DNA of 34,818 bases from an uncultured Lachnospiraceae bacterium (lineage in GTDB: Bacteria; Bacillota; Clostridia; Lachnospirales; Lachnospiraceae): assembly GCA_946630035.1 (NCBI GenBank), contig CAMOYN010000001.1:1-34818 (forward strand), read 5' to 3'. The translations under genes and the position numbers were made by a program. This document shows, piece by piece, positions 15,173 through 22,073 of this stretch (its first letter is position 1; the number at the start of each line of letters is the position of its first letter). The notes beneath the pieces are model-generated. The model was not told where the DNA came from, searched no databases, and was given only the letters and a program-made list of their open reading frames with translations.

Positions 15173-16890
15173 TGGAGATGGATAAAAAACTGCGGCATTA
15201 CAACGATATCCGTCGTGTTGTGATGGTTGTGGATGATGAGCCGATCAACCAGGAGATGCTGGGATTTATCCTGAAAAAGGATTATGAAGTCGTGCTGGCA
15301 TCGAATGGCGAAGAGGCACTGGAGAAGATCCGGAGCCGTAAAAGGACTCTTTCCATGATACTCCTGGATTTGAATATGCCGGTTATGGATGGCTATCGTC
15401 TGCTGGAAATACTCCGGGAAGATGAAGAACTGAAGTACATTCCTGTGATTGTACTGACGGCAGAGGATGGGGCAGAAGTCCGGTGTCTGGAACTGGGCGC
15501 AGTGGATTTTATCAAAAAGCCTTACAACGTTCCGAGTGTGATACTGGCCAGGGTCCGGCGGGCGATTGAACTGTCCGAAGATAACCGGATTATACAGGAT
15601 GCAGAACAGGACGAACTGACCGGATTATACAACCGGGTATTCTTCTTTGAGTATGCGTCACAGATGGATCCTTTTCAGGAAAAAGGCGAGACGGACGCCA
15701 TTGTGATCAATATTGATCATTTTCATCTGGTCAATGAATTATACGGCAGAATCTATGGGGATCAGGTCCTGCAAGCCATTGCCGACGGAATCCGGGAATT
15801 CATGGATGAGAACCGGGGGATTGCCTGCCGGTGTGACGGGGATATGTTCTATATCTATTGCCCTCACCAGAAGGAACCTGCTGCGATTCTGGATGTGATC
15901 CGACGCCATCTGGAAAAACTGCCCGATGATTCGCGGATTCGCCTGCGGATGGGAGTCTATGCGAAGGCGGCACCGGATGAGCTGATGGAACGACGATTTG
16001 AACGCGCAAAACTGGCCTGCAGTACGGTGCGCGGCAAATACATAGAACCGGTTGCCTGCTATGATGTTTCCATGTCGGAGACGGAAGTTCTCTCAGAGCG
16101 ACTGGTCAATGATCTGAAAAGAGGTCTGGATGAGAAACAGTTTAAGGTCTGGTTCCAGCCGAAATACGCTATTCAGGGAGAACAGCCCCAGCTTTCCAGT
16201 GCGGAGGCTCTGATCCGGTGGGATCATCCTGAATTCGGAATGATCAGTCCGAGTGTATTTATCCCTCTTTTTGAGAATAATGGGCTGGTGCAGAAACTGG
16301 ATCATTATGTCTGGGCGGAAGCAGGAAGATGGATTGCTTCCTGGAAAAGTAAATATGGATTTACGGTACCGGTTTCCGTGAATATATCCCGGGTGGACAT
16401 GTATGACCCCCGGCTGAAGGAAAAGATACTGACGATATTAGAAGAGAATCATCTGACTCCGGAGGATTATCTCCTGGAAATCACGGAATCGGCTTATTCC
16501 GATGATCTGGAACAGCTGATTCATATCGTGGAAGAACTGCGTGTTCTGGGATTTATGATCGAGATGGATGATTTCGGAGCCGGATATTCAACCTTGAATA
16601 TGCTCACGGTTCTTCCGGTGGATGTTCTGAAGCTGGATATGCAGTTTGTGAAGAATGCAACCAGCGACAGAAAGAATTACCGGCTGGTAGAACTGATGAA
16701 AGATATTGCCAGATTCCTGGAGGTGCCGATTGTGGCAGAGGGTGTCGAGACGAAGGAGCAGTGTGAGATACTGCAGAAGATCGGATTCGACCTGGTGCAG
16801 GGATATTATTTCAGCCCGCCCCTGCCTCCGGAGGAATTTGAAAAGCTGATAAAAAAGGAAGTCGATAGGAAAGGAGCAGAGATATGTTGA
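15172..16890 (+). CDS. Response-regulator receiver + degenerate GGDEF + EAL domain protein (predicted c-di-GMP phosphodiesterase)
   Basis: Candidate starts are GTG 15169, ATG 15172 and ATG 15178, overlapping the upstream stop. REC domain: VVMVVDDEP...MILLDLNMPVMDG...VIVLTA. GGDEF fold with the A-site changed to RCDGDMF. EAL domain: QPKY...AEALIRW, NISRVD, EITES, DDFGAGYS, LKLD, VAEGVET, QGYYF. The catalytic set looks complete. Confidence 0.9.
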   Translation: MEMDKKLRHYNDIRRVVMVVDDEPINQEMLGFILKKDYEVVLASNGEEALEKIRSRKRTLSMILLDLNMPVMDGYRLLEILREDEELKYIPVIVLTAEDGAEVRCLELGAVDFIKKPYNVPSVILARVRRAIELSEDNRIIQDAEQDELTGLYNRVFFFEYASQMDPFQEKGETDAIVINIDHFHLVNELYGRIYGDQVLQAIADGIREFMDENRGIACRCDGDMFYIYCPHQKEPAAILDVIRRHLEKLPDDSRIRLRMGVYAKAAPDELMERRFERAKLACSTVRGKYIEPVACYDVSMSETEVLSERLVNDLKRGLDEKQFKVWFQPKYAIQGEQPQLSSAEALIRWDHPEFGMISPSVFIPLFENNGLVQKLDHYVWAEAGRWIASWKSKYGFTVPVSVNISRVDMYDPRLKEKILTILEENHLTPEDYLLEITESAYSDDLEQLIHIVEELRVLGFMIEMDDFGAGYSTLNMLTVLPVDVLKLDMQFVKNATSDRKNYRLVELMKDIARFLEVPIVAEGVETKEQCEILQKIGFDLVQGYYFSPPLPPEEFEKLIKKEVDRKGAEIC

Positions 16891-17225
16891 CAATAGAAGC
16901 TTTGCGTGAATACGGCGCAAATGTAGACGAAGGCCTTGCCAGGTGCTTTAACAACGCGGATTTCTACCTGAAACTGGTAGGAATGCTGGGCAATGAAAAA
17001 GGCTTTGACAAACTGGAGGAAGCGCTGGAAAAGAACGACCTGGATGCTGCATTTGAGGCGGCTCATGCATTGAAGGGTGTACTGGGAAATCTCTCGCTCA
17101 CACCGGCTTATACACAGGTCAGTGAAATCACAGAATTGCTTCGCAGCCGCACCAATATGGACTATAGTGAACGGTTGGCGGGTATCATGGAGCAGCAGAA
17201 GATCCTGAAGGAGTTGTTGAATTAA
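16884..17225 (+). CDS. Histidine phosphotransfer (HPt) domain protein
   Basis: AAGGAG lies 7 nt upstream, and the gene overlaps the EAL gene stop. The HPt signature is AAHALKGVLGNLSL. The product is a four-helix-sized protein of 113 aa. Confidence 0.8.
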   Translation: MLTIEALREYGANVDEGLARCFNNADFYLKLVGMLGNEKGFDKLEEALEKNDLDAAFEAAHALKGVLGNLSLTPAYTQVSEITELLRSRTNMDYSERLAGIMEQQKILKELLN

Positions 17226-17812
17226 TGAAGAAGCGCAGAGCAGTTCCTTTTGTGCCGGAGGTCGCAGCTCTGGAAAGGGAACTGCAGAAGGAATATCAAA
17301 ACAAAAAACGTTTTCGCACTTTCCGGCGTATGGCTTTTACTCTGGTGACAGTGTCAGCGGTGGCGATTCTGGTCGCTATTCTATGGATGCCGGTGCTGCG
17401 GATTTATGGCAGCTCCATGGCACCGACATTGTTTGAGGGTGATATTGTTGTGTCCGTAAAGGAGCAGAACATGAAACCGGGAGATATCATTGCCTTCTAT
17501 TATAACAATGAGATCCTGGTGAAACGGCTGGTCGGAGTTGCCGGGGACTGGATTGATATCGATGAGGAAGGGAATGTATATCTGAATGGCACTCTTCTGG
17601 ATGAGCCGTATGTGCAGGAAAAGGCTTTTGGTGAGACGAACATTCAGCTGCCTTATCAGGTACCAGAGAATCGTGTCTTTGTGCTGGGAGACCATCGCAG
17701 CGTCTCCATTGATTCGAGAAACACCGCGGTAGGCTGCGTGGCGGCAGAGCAGATCGTCGGAAAGATTACCATGAGGCTCTGGCCGATCACAGAAATGTCG
17801 ATTGTCAAGTAA
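17225..17812 (+). CDS. lepB: Type I signal peptidase (S26A, LepB/SipS type), paralogue 1
   Basis: The start overlaps the HPt stop (TAATG). After the TM segment come YGSSMAPTL (Ser box), ILVKRLVGVAGD (Lys box) and VLGDHRSVSIDSR. Confidence 0.9.
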   Translation: MKKRRAVPFVPEVAALERELQKEYQNKKRFRTFRRMAFTLVTVSAVAILVAILWMPVLRIYGSSMAPTLFEGDIVVSVKEQNMKPGDIIAFYYNNEILVKRLVGVAGDWIDIDEEGNVYLNGTLLDEPYVQEKAFGETNIQLPYQVPENRVFVLGDHRSVSIDSRNTAVGCVAAEQIVGKITMRLWPITEMSIVK

Positions 17813-17888
17813 TGATTGAGGGGGATGCCGGAAGTATGGAAGGAACCGAAGGAACCCCGTCATGTGTCAGTGAAGAGGATAAAGAGAT

Positions 17889-18137
17889 ATGTTTGGATCT
17901 AAGAAAAAGAGAAATCCTGAAGATGATGTAAAAAAACTGTCCCGGACAGAGCTCCTGGAGATACTGATCGAGGAGACCCGGGAGGCAGATCGCCTTCGTA
18001 AAGAGAATACCCGTCTTACGGAAGAGCTGACCCGCGTACGGGCGGATCTGGACCGGTCAGCTTCCCTCGAGGTGATCATGGAAAGACTGGAACGGATGAT
18101 GGGCACGAAAGGTACAGTACCTCCGGCCGAGGGCTGA
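17889..18137 (+). CDS. Small coiled-coil protein of unknown function
   Basis: The 82-aa product reads MFGSKKKRNPEDDVKKLSRTELLEILIEETREADRLRKENTRLTEELTRVRADLDR, with heptad-like charged and Leu residues. The RBS is weak (GAAGAGGATAAAGAG). It sits between the two lepB paralogues. Confidence 0.5.
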   Translation: MFGSKKKRNPEDDVKKLSRTELLEILIEETREADRLRKENTRLTEELTRVRADLDRSASLEVIMERLERMMGTKGTVPPAEG

Positions 18138-18179
18138 GCAGCACAGGACGGGCACAGTACCTCCGGTGAGGACTGAGCA
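18103..18179. repeat. Imperfect tandem duplication (about 38 nt, two copies) spanning the stop codon of the small coiled-coil ORF
   Basis: Copy 1 is GCACGAAAGGTACAGTACCTCCGGCCGAGGGCTGAGCA and copy 2 is GCACAGGACGGGCACAGTACCTCCGGTGAGGACTGAGCA. They share the cores ACAGTACCTCCGG and CTGAGCA. Confidence 0.7.
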
Positions 18180-18201
18180 TTTTATCAGGAAGTGAAGATA
18201 C

Positions 18202-18810
18202 ATGAGTAAAGAAAAAACGAATAGGACGGATGAACAACAGCACCATAATGAACCGGATATTGCTACCCTGGAATCGGAGCTGGAAAGAGAACGCTATAAG
18301 AGCCGCTACCGAAGCGCCCTTCAGAGCACGATCTTTACCTTGATCACAGTAGCGGCCGCAGCGGTACTGGTTGCGACGCTGTGGATGCCGGTGCTGCAGA
18401 TCTATGGTTCCTCCATGAACCCGGGATTGGCAGCGGGGGATATCGTCGTCTGCCGGAAAGCGGAGAAGGTCAAACGGGGCGATATCATTGCTTTCTATTT
18501 TAATAACAAGATACTGGTGAAGCGCGTGATCGGTACCAGCGGCGATCAGGTGTCTATTTCCGATGAAGGCGTAGTGACTGTTAACGGAGAGACACTGCAG
18601 GAATCCTATATAACAGAGCAGTCTCTGGGACAGTGCAATGTTACCTTCCCTGTGGTTGTGCCCCAGGGCAAGGTCTTTGTTGTGGGAGATAACCGGGGAA
18701 CGTCGGTGGATTCCAGAAACAGCGCCGTCGGCTGCGTAGACACAGAGCAGATGATCGGAAAACTCCTGGTCCGTGTCTGGCCGATCGATAATCTCAGCAT
18801 CGTAAAATAG
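18202..18810 (+). CDS. lepB: Type I signal peptidase (S26A), paralogue 2
   Basis: YGSSMNPGL, ILVKRVIGTSGD and VVGDNRGTSVDSR are present. The N-terminal region (LESELERERYKSRYRS...LWMPVLQIYGSSM) is collinear with paralogue 1 (LERELQKEYQNKKRFRT...LWMPVLRIYGSSM). Confidence 0.9.
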   Translation: MSKEKTNRTDEQQHHNEPDIATLESELERERYKSRYRSALQSTIFTLITVAAAAVLVATLWMPVLQIYGSSMNPGLAAGDIVVCRKAEKVKRGDIIAFYFNNKILVKRVIGTSGDQVSISDEGVVTVNGETLQESYITEQSLGQCNVTFPVVVPQGKVFVVGDNRGTSVDSRNSAVGCVDTEQMIGKLLVRVWPIDNLSIVK

Positions 18811-18833
18811 ACAGACATAAAATAGACAGATAT

Positions 18834-19790
18834 ATGATAGATGATACTATGAAAGAAGGAAAGAAAATCCGGCTGGTGGCCCTGGACCTGGACCGGACAA
18901 CCCTGCGGGATGACAAAAGCCTGTCCCCCGCCAACCGGGAAGCCATCCAGGCATGTCTGGCGGCAGGTATTCATGTGGTAGTGGCCAGTGGCCGCGCCTA
19001 TGGCTCCCTGCCGGCCGAAGTGATGCAGATCCCAGGTCTTACCTACGCCATCACCGGCAACGGCGCGGCCATCTACGCCCTGGATGAGTCAGAAGGGACG
19101 GTTCTTTTTGACTCATTGCACGCAAATGAGTCAAAAAGAACCGTCCCTTCTGACTCATCCGGGTTGCCGCCGGCACGCAGGATTCACGCGAATCTCCTCA
19201 CTCCGACATCGGTGCGGCAGATTCTGGAACTGGTGCCGGAGCGGTTCCCCCTGGAGACCTTCGTGGAAGGGATTCCCTTTGCGTCCGCAGAGTATGTGAA
19301 AGATCCGATGGCCTTCGGGGCAAAAGCCTGGGCCGTGGATTATGTACAGTCAACCCGACGTCCGGTGGAGGATATCCGGGCGTTTATTATTGAAAACATC
19401 CGGACCCTGGATTCTCTGGATGTGGTGATCGATGATGCCTCCGGCCGGCAGGATCTCCGATCGGTGCTGGAGGAGAAGGTGGAGGATGTCTATATCACCG
19501 CCTCGGTTCCTCAGCTGATCGAGATTTCCCACCGGGACAGCGGGAAAGCCTACGGCCTTCGCTGGATAGCAGAGTACCTGGGCATTCCGTTAGAAGAGAC
19601 CGTCGCTTTCGGAGATGCGGAAAATGATAGGGAGATGCTGGCCGCCGCCGGACTGGGAGTCGCCATGGAGAATGCCGGGGAGGCCGTGAAGGCAGTGGCC
19701 GACCGGATCGCTCCCTCCAATGAAGACGATGGCGTGGCCTGCGTATTGCAGGAAATACTATATTTCACAAAGAAATCACAGAATTATTAG
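18834..19790 (+). CDS. Cof-type HAD-IIB phosphatase carrying an in-frame palindromic insertion
   Basis: Motif I is LVALDLDRTTL, VVASGR is present, and motif IV is FGDAENDREML. At 318 aa it is about 40-50 aa longer than typical Cof proteins. The extra segment (ESEGTVLFDSLHANESKRTVPSDSS...) coincides with the inverted repeat at 19082-19160. The start is uncertain (18834 or 18849), and neither has a good RBS. Confidence 0.8.
   Translation: MIDDTMKEGKKIRLVALDLDRTTLRDDKSLSPANREAIQACLAAGIHVVVASGRAYGSLPAEVMQIPGLTYAITGNGAAIYALDESEGTVLFDSLHANESKRTVPSDSSGLPPARRIHANLLTPTSVRQILELVPERFPLETFVEGIPFASAEYVKDPMAFGAKAWAVDYVQSTRRPVEDIRAFIIENIRTLDSLDVVIDDASGRQDLRSVLEEKVEDVYITASVPQLIEISHRDSGKAYGLRWIAEYLGIPLEETVAFGDAENDREMLAAAGLGVAMENAGEAVKAVADRIAPSNEDDGVACVLQEILYFTKKSQNY
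19082..19160. repeat. Perfect 36-bp inverted repeat (7-nt spacer) inside the HAD coding sequence; a dimer of a dispersed palindromic element
   Basis: The left arm is GGATGAGTCAGAAGGGACGGTTCTTTTTGACTCATT (19082-19117). The spacer is GCACGCA. The right arm (19125-19160) is the exact reverse complement of the left arm. A third copy of the same unit lies at 28481-28515. Confidence 0.95.
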
Positions 19791-19813
19791 CACTCGCACT
19801 TGACGAGTGCTAA
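19787..19813. promoter_or_regulatory. CIRCE operator (HrcA binding site)
   Basis: TTAGCACTC-GCACTTGAC-GAGTGCTAA matches the CIRCE consensus TTAGCACTC-N9-GAGTGCTAA exactly. It overlaps the stop codon of the HAD gene. Confidence 0.9.
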
Positions 19814-19828
19814 TTTTGGATATATAAT
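19800..19828 (+). promoter_or_regulatory. Sigma-A type promoter overlapping CIRCE
   Basis: TTGACG (19800-19805), a 17-nt spacer, then TATAAT (19823-19828). The -35 box lies inside the CIRCE spacer and right arm. Confidence 0.65.
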
Positions 19829-20041
19829 GTATTCAGAACCGAGAAAAGAGTTACAATCATTGGTGTTTTGATGGTACAGTTCTGTTTTAACACCAGCCAT
19901 AAGCAAGAATTGATCAGGACTGTATATTCCGCAGGGGATATGCAGTTCTTTTATATCTTGTCTTACAGGAAATATCGAAGAAATAACCTGTCAGACAAAA
20001 CCACTAAAATCAGAATACTACGGAAGAGAGGAGGAAACCAT

Positions 20042-21259
20042 ATGACACAGAGCAAAGATTTTTATCAGGTGCTGGGAGTTTCCCGTACAGCATCGGATGC
20101 GGAGATAAAGAAAGCCTACCGCAAACTGGCGAAGAAATATCATCCGGATACCAATTCCGGAAATACCTTTGCAGCGGAAAAGTTCAAAGAAGCCAATGAT
20201 GCATATGGGATTCTCGGGGATTCGGAAAAAAGAAAAATCTATGATAAATATGGGGCCGATGCCTTCGACGGCAGCGGCAATATCCGCGAAGAAATAAAGG
20301 AGTGGGAGAAAAACGGAGGCCAGGGAAATCCGTTCCGGGGCGGCTTCGAAGGAGGCCAGGGAAATCCGTTCCGCGGCGGCTTCGGAGGAGGCCAGGGAAA
20401 TCCGTTCCGTGGCGGCTTCGGAAGCAGTCAGGGCGGCCCGTCCCAGGGCAGCTGGCAGGAGGTTCATTTTGACGGAGATCCAGAGGATCTGGAGGAGATC
20501 CTGAAGCAGATGTTCGGCAGCTCCGGAGCCCGGGGATTCACCGGCGGACATTTCGGAGGCCATGGCAGCCAGGGATTTACCGGAAGTGGCTTTGGCGGAC
20601 ATGGCGGTCAGGGCTATACCGGAAGTGGCTTTAATGGACATGGAAGTCGTGGTTTTACCGGCAGTGACTTCTCCAGCGGCTTTGAAGGTCGCGGCAGTCG
20701 TGGTTTCGGAGGATACGGAGGAGCCGATCCGGGGCAGGGCGCCGATGCTTCGGCCGAGATGACCATCAACCTGGAAGATGCGGTCAATGGCGGGGACCGT
20801 GAGATTTCCCTGCAGGATGAAAGCGGACAGAAACGGACCATCAAGGTGAATATCCCGGCGGGTATTGAAGAAGGACAGAAAATCCGTCTTCGCGGCCAGG
20901 GGGCGAAGGGCGCCTATGGCAAACCGGCGGGGGATCTGTACCTGACCGTGCATATCCGGCCGAAACAGGGATTTGAAAGAAAAGGAAATGACATCTACAC
21001 TACGGCGAGGATTCCCTTTACCACGGCGGTTCTCGGCGGTGAGACCGTTGTCCCTACCCTCTACGGAAATGTCAGCTGTCATATCAAGGAAGGTACCCAG
21101 GCGGGCACCCGAATCCGTCTTCGGGGCAAAGGGGCTCCGGAAAGGAAAAATCCCCGGGTCAGAGGCGATCAGTATGTACAGATCGAAATTGAAACACCCC
21201 GCGCCCTGACACCGGAAGCCCGCGCCAAACTGGAAGAATTCCGCCGGCTCGCCGGATAA
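20042..21259 (+). CDS. J-domain co-chaperone of the CbpA/DnaJ class II type (no zinc-finger domain) with an expanded Gly/Phe-rich repeat region
   Basis: I prefer the ATG at 20042, with GAGGAGGAAACCAT upstream. The J domain is at the extreme N-terminus: [31 protein letters not shown]. About 170 aa of G/F-rich repeats follow. The DnaJ C-terminal domains read [21 protein letters not shown]...GDLYLTVHI...IRLRGKGAP. No CxxCxGxG motif is present. Confidence 0.85.
   Translation: MTQSKDFYQVLGVSRTASDAEIKKAYRKLAKKYHPDTNSGNTFAAEKFKEANDAYGILGDSEKRKIYDKYGADAFDGSGNIREEIKEWEKNGGQGNPFRGGFEGGQGNPFRGGFGGGQGNPFRGGFGSSQGGPSQGSWQEVHFDGDPEDLEEILKQMFGSSGARGFTGGHFGGHGSQGFTGSGFGGHGGQGYTGSGFNGHGSRGFTGSDFSSGFEGRGSRGFGGYGGADPGQGADASAEMTINLEDAVNGGDREISLQDESGQKRTIKVNIPAGIEEGQKIRLRGQGAKGAYGKPAGDLYLTVHIRPKQGFERKGNDIYTTARIPFTTAVLGGETVVPTLYGNVSCHIKEGTQAGTRIRLRGKGAPERKNPRVRGDQYVQIEIETPRALTPEARAKLEEFRRLAG
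20315..20422 (+). repeat. Three tandem 36-nt repeats encoding [11 protein letters not shown](E/G)
   Basis: GGAGGCCAGGGAAATCCGTTCCG(G/C/T)GGCGGCTTCG(A/G)A occurs three times in frame within the J-protein gene. Confidence 0.9.
20558..20674 (+). repeat. Three tandem 39-nt repeats encoding GHG(S/G)(Q/R)G(F/Y)TGS(G/D)F(G/N/S)
   Basis: The units [26 protein letters not shown] and [13 protein letters not shown] are read directly from the translation. Confidence 0.8.
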
Positions 21260-21264
21260 AGATA

Positions 21265-21303
21265 AAAACCGGTTTCTCTCAGTTGTGGAAACCGGTTTTT
21301 TTT
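21265..21303 (+). terminator. Rho-independent terminator of the J-protein gene
   Basis: AAAACCGGTTTC (21265-21276) pairs with GAAACCGGTTTT (21289-21300) and runs into TTTTTTTT. Confidence 0.8.
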
Positions 21304-21367
21304 GTTAGAATATGGAAAGAGGATTCTACCAGATTTTGCATACGTATGCAAGACTCGCTTGCGAGTC
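21303..21367 (+). promoter_or_regulatory. Extended -10 element followed by two adjacent perfect palindromes (candidate operators) upstream of the XRE gene
   Basis: TGTTAGAAT lies at 21303-21311. TTGCATACGTATGCAA (21336-21351) is a perfect 16-bp palindrome. GACTCGCTTGCGAGTC (21352-21367) is a perfect 7+2+7 palindrome. Confidence 0.4.
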
Positions 21368-21416
21368 ATGCGCGCCGTGTGCGGGCAGCCGCAGGGTTGG
21401 GAGAGGAGAGACAAAT

Positions 21417-21743
21417 ATGGCAAACGATATCGTAGGAAGTATCGTCCAGGGACTGGCCGAGGGCCTGATCAAGGCAGAAAAGGACCGGAAGAAAGCAGCC
21501 TCCAATGTGGTGGTCACACCGGTCAAGAAATATCGCCCCATCGATGTGCAGCAGATTCGCAAGACCACGGGGCTGTCCCAGCAGAACTTCGCCAGCTACA
21601 TGGGCGTTCCGGTGGAAACGGTGAGAGAGTGGGAAAACGGTTCGTCGACGCCCCCCGGCCCCGCCAGCCGGCTGCTGGCCTGTATGGACATGGATGAAGA
21701 ATTCATCACCAAATACCCCTTCGTCAGAAAGAAGAAAAAGTAA
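21417..21743 (+). CDS. Small XRE-family helix-turn-helix protein (YiaG/MqsA-C-terminal-like)
   Basis: I prefer the ATG at 21417 (GGAGAGGAGAGACAAAT upstream) over the ORF-track start at 21312. IDVQQIRKTTGLSQQNFASYMGVPVETVREWENGSSTPPGPASRLL is a typical HTH_XRE string ending in the E.G...P.G motif. Confidence 0.75.
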   Translation: MANDIVGSIVQGLAEGLIKAEKDRKKAASNVVVTPVKKYRPIDVQQIRKTTGLSQQNFASYMGVPVETVREWENGSSTPPGPASRLLACMDMDEEFITKYPFVRKKKK

Positions 21744-21746
21744 AAG

Positions 21747-21840
21747 AGACAGGGGACAGAAGGAGACAGGGGACGGTCCTGCGTCTCCCGAAAGGGAGAC
21801 ACAGGACCGTCCCCTGTCTCCTTCTGTCTCCTTCTGTCTC
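21747..21840. repeat. Long imperfect palindrome (arms of about 44 nt, GAAA loop) built from GAGACAGGGGAC(GG/AG) units
   Basis: The left arm is GAGACAGGGGACAGAAGGAGACAGGGGACGGTCCTGCGTCTCCC. The loop is GAAA. The right arm is GGGAGACACAGGACCGTCCCCTGTCTCCTTCTGTCTCCTTCTGTCTC. It shares the GGGGACGGTCC core with the other dispersed elements. Confidence 0.85.
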
Positions 21841-21846
21841 CCCCCG

Positions 21847-21910
21847 GCGGGATCCGCACCTGAAAAGAAATTTTATTTCCCTTCAGGTGCGGATCCCGCT
21901 ATTATTTTGG
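21847..21910 (+). terminator. Second stem-loop: a perfect 18-bp stem followed by a T-rich tract
   Basis: GCGGGATCCGCACCTGAA (21847-21864) pairs with TTCAGGTGCGGATCCCGC (21882-21899) around a 17-nt loop. TATTATTTT follows. Confidence 0.55.
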
Positions 21911-21932
21911 GAAGTTTTGTGTCTGCATTGTA

Positions 21933-21961
21933 TTGACAAAATAATATTTCATAACTATAAT
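21933..21961 (+). promoter_or_regulatory. Consensus sigma-A promoter of the sugar operon
   Basis: TTGACA (21933-21938), a 17-nt spacer, then TATAAT (21956-21961). Confidence 0.7.
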
Positions 21962-22073
21962 GATAAATGTCATATGACTTCGTGGATTTTCAAAAATCAA
22001 AGCTGCAGCTACTATTTATTTTACGGAAAACTACGAGGTGCGTGAAATATTATTTAACGGAGGTAAGTGAGAA

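Noticed and set aside
19868-20041. An N-terminal extension of 58 aa on the J-protein (ORF-track start at 19868, in-frame ATG at 19871)
   Set aside because: J domains sit at the extreme N-terminus. A strong GAGGAGG RBS precedes the ATG at 20042, and the extension has no RBS and an odd composition. It is kept as a caveat in the CIRCE finding.
20018-21082. A 354-aa ORF on the - strand across the J-protein gene
   Set aside because: The G/F repeat region is open in several frames because of its low complexity. The + strand carries the canonical J domain (HPD) and the DnaJ C-terminal domains.
21312-21743. A toxin-antitoxin pair around the XRE gene
   Set aside because: No small partner ORF with an RBS lies upstream or downstream. 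The in-frame sequence upstream (21312-21416) has no RBS and contains the palindromic operators. The downstream region is occupied by hairpins.
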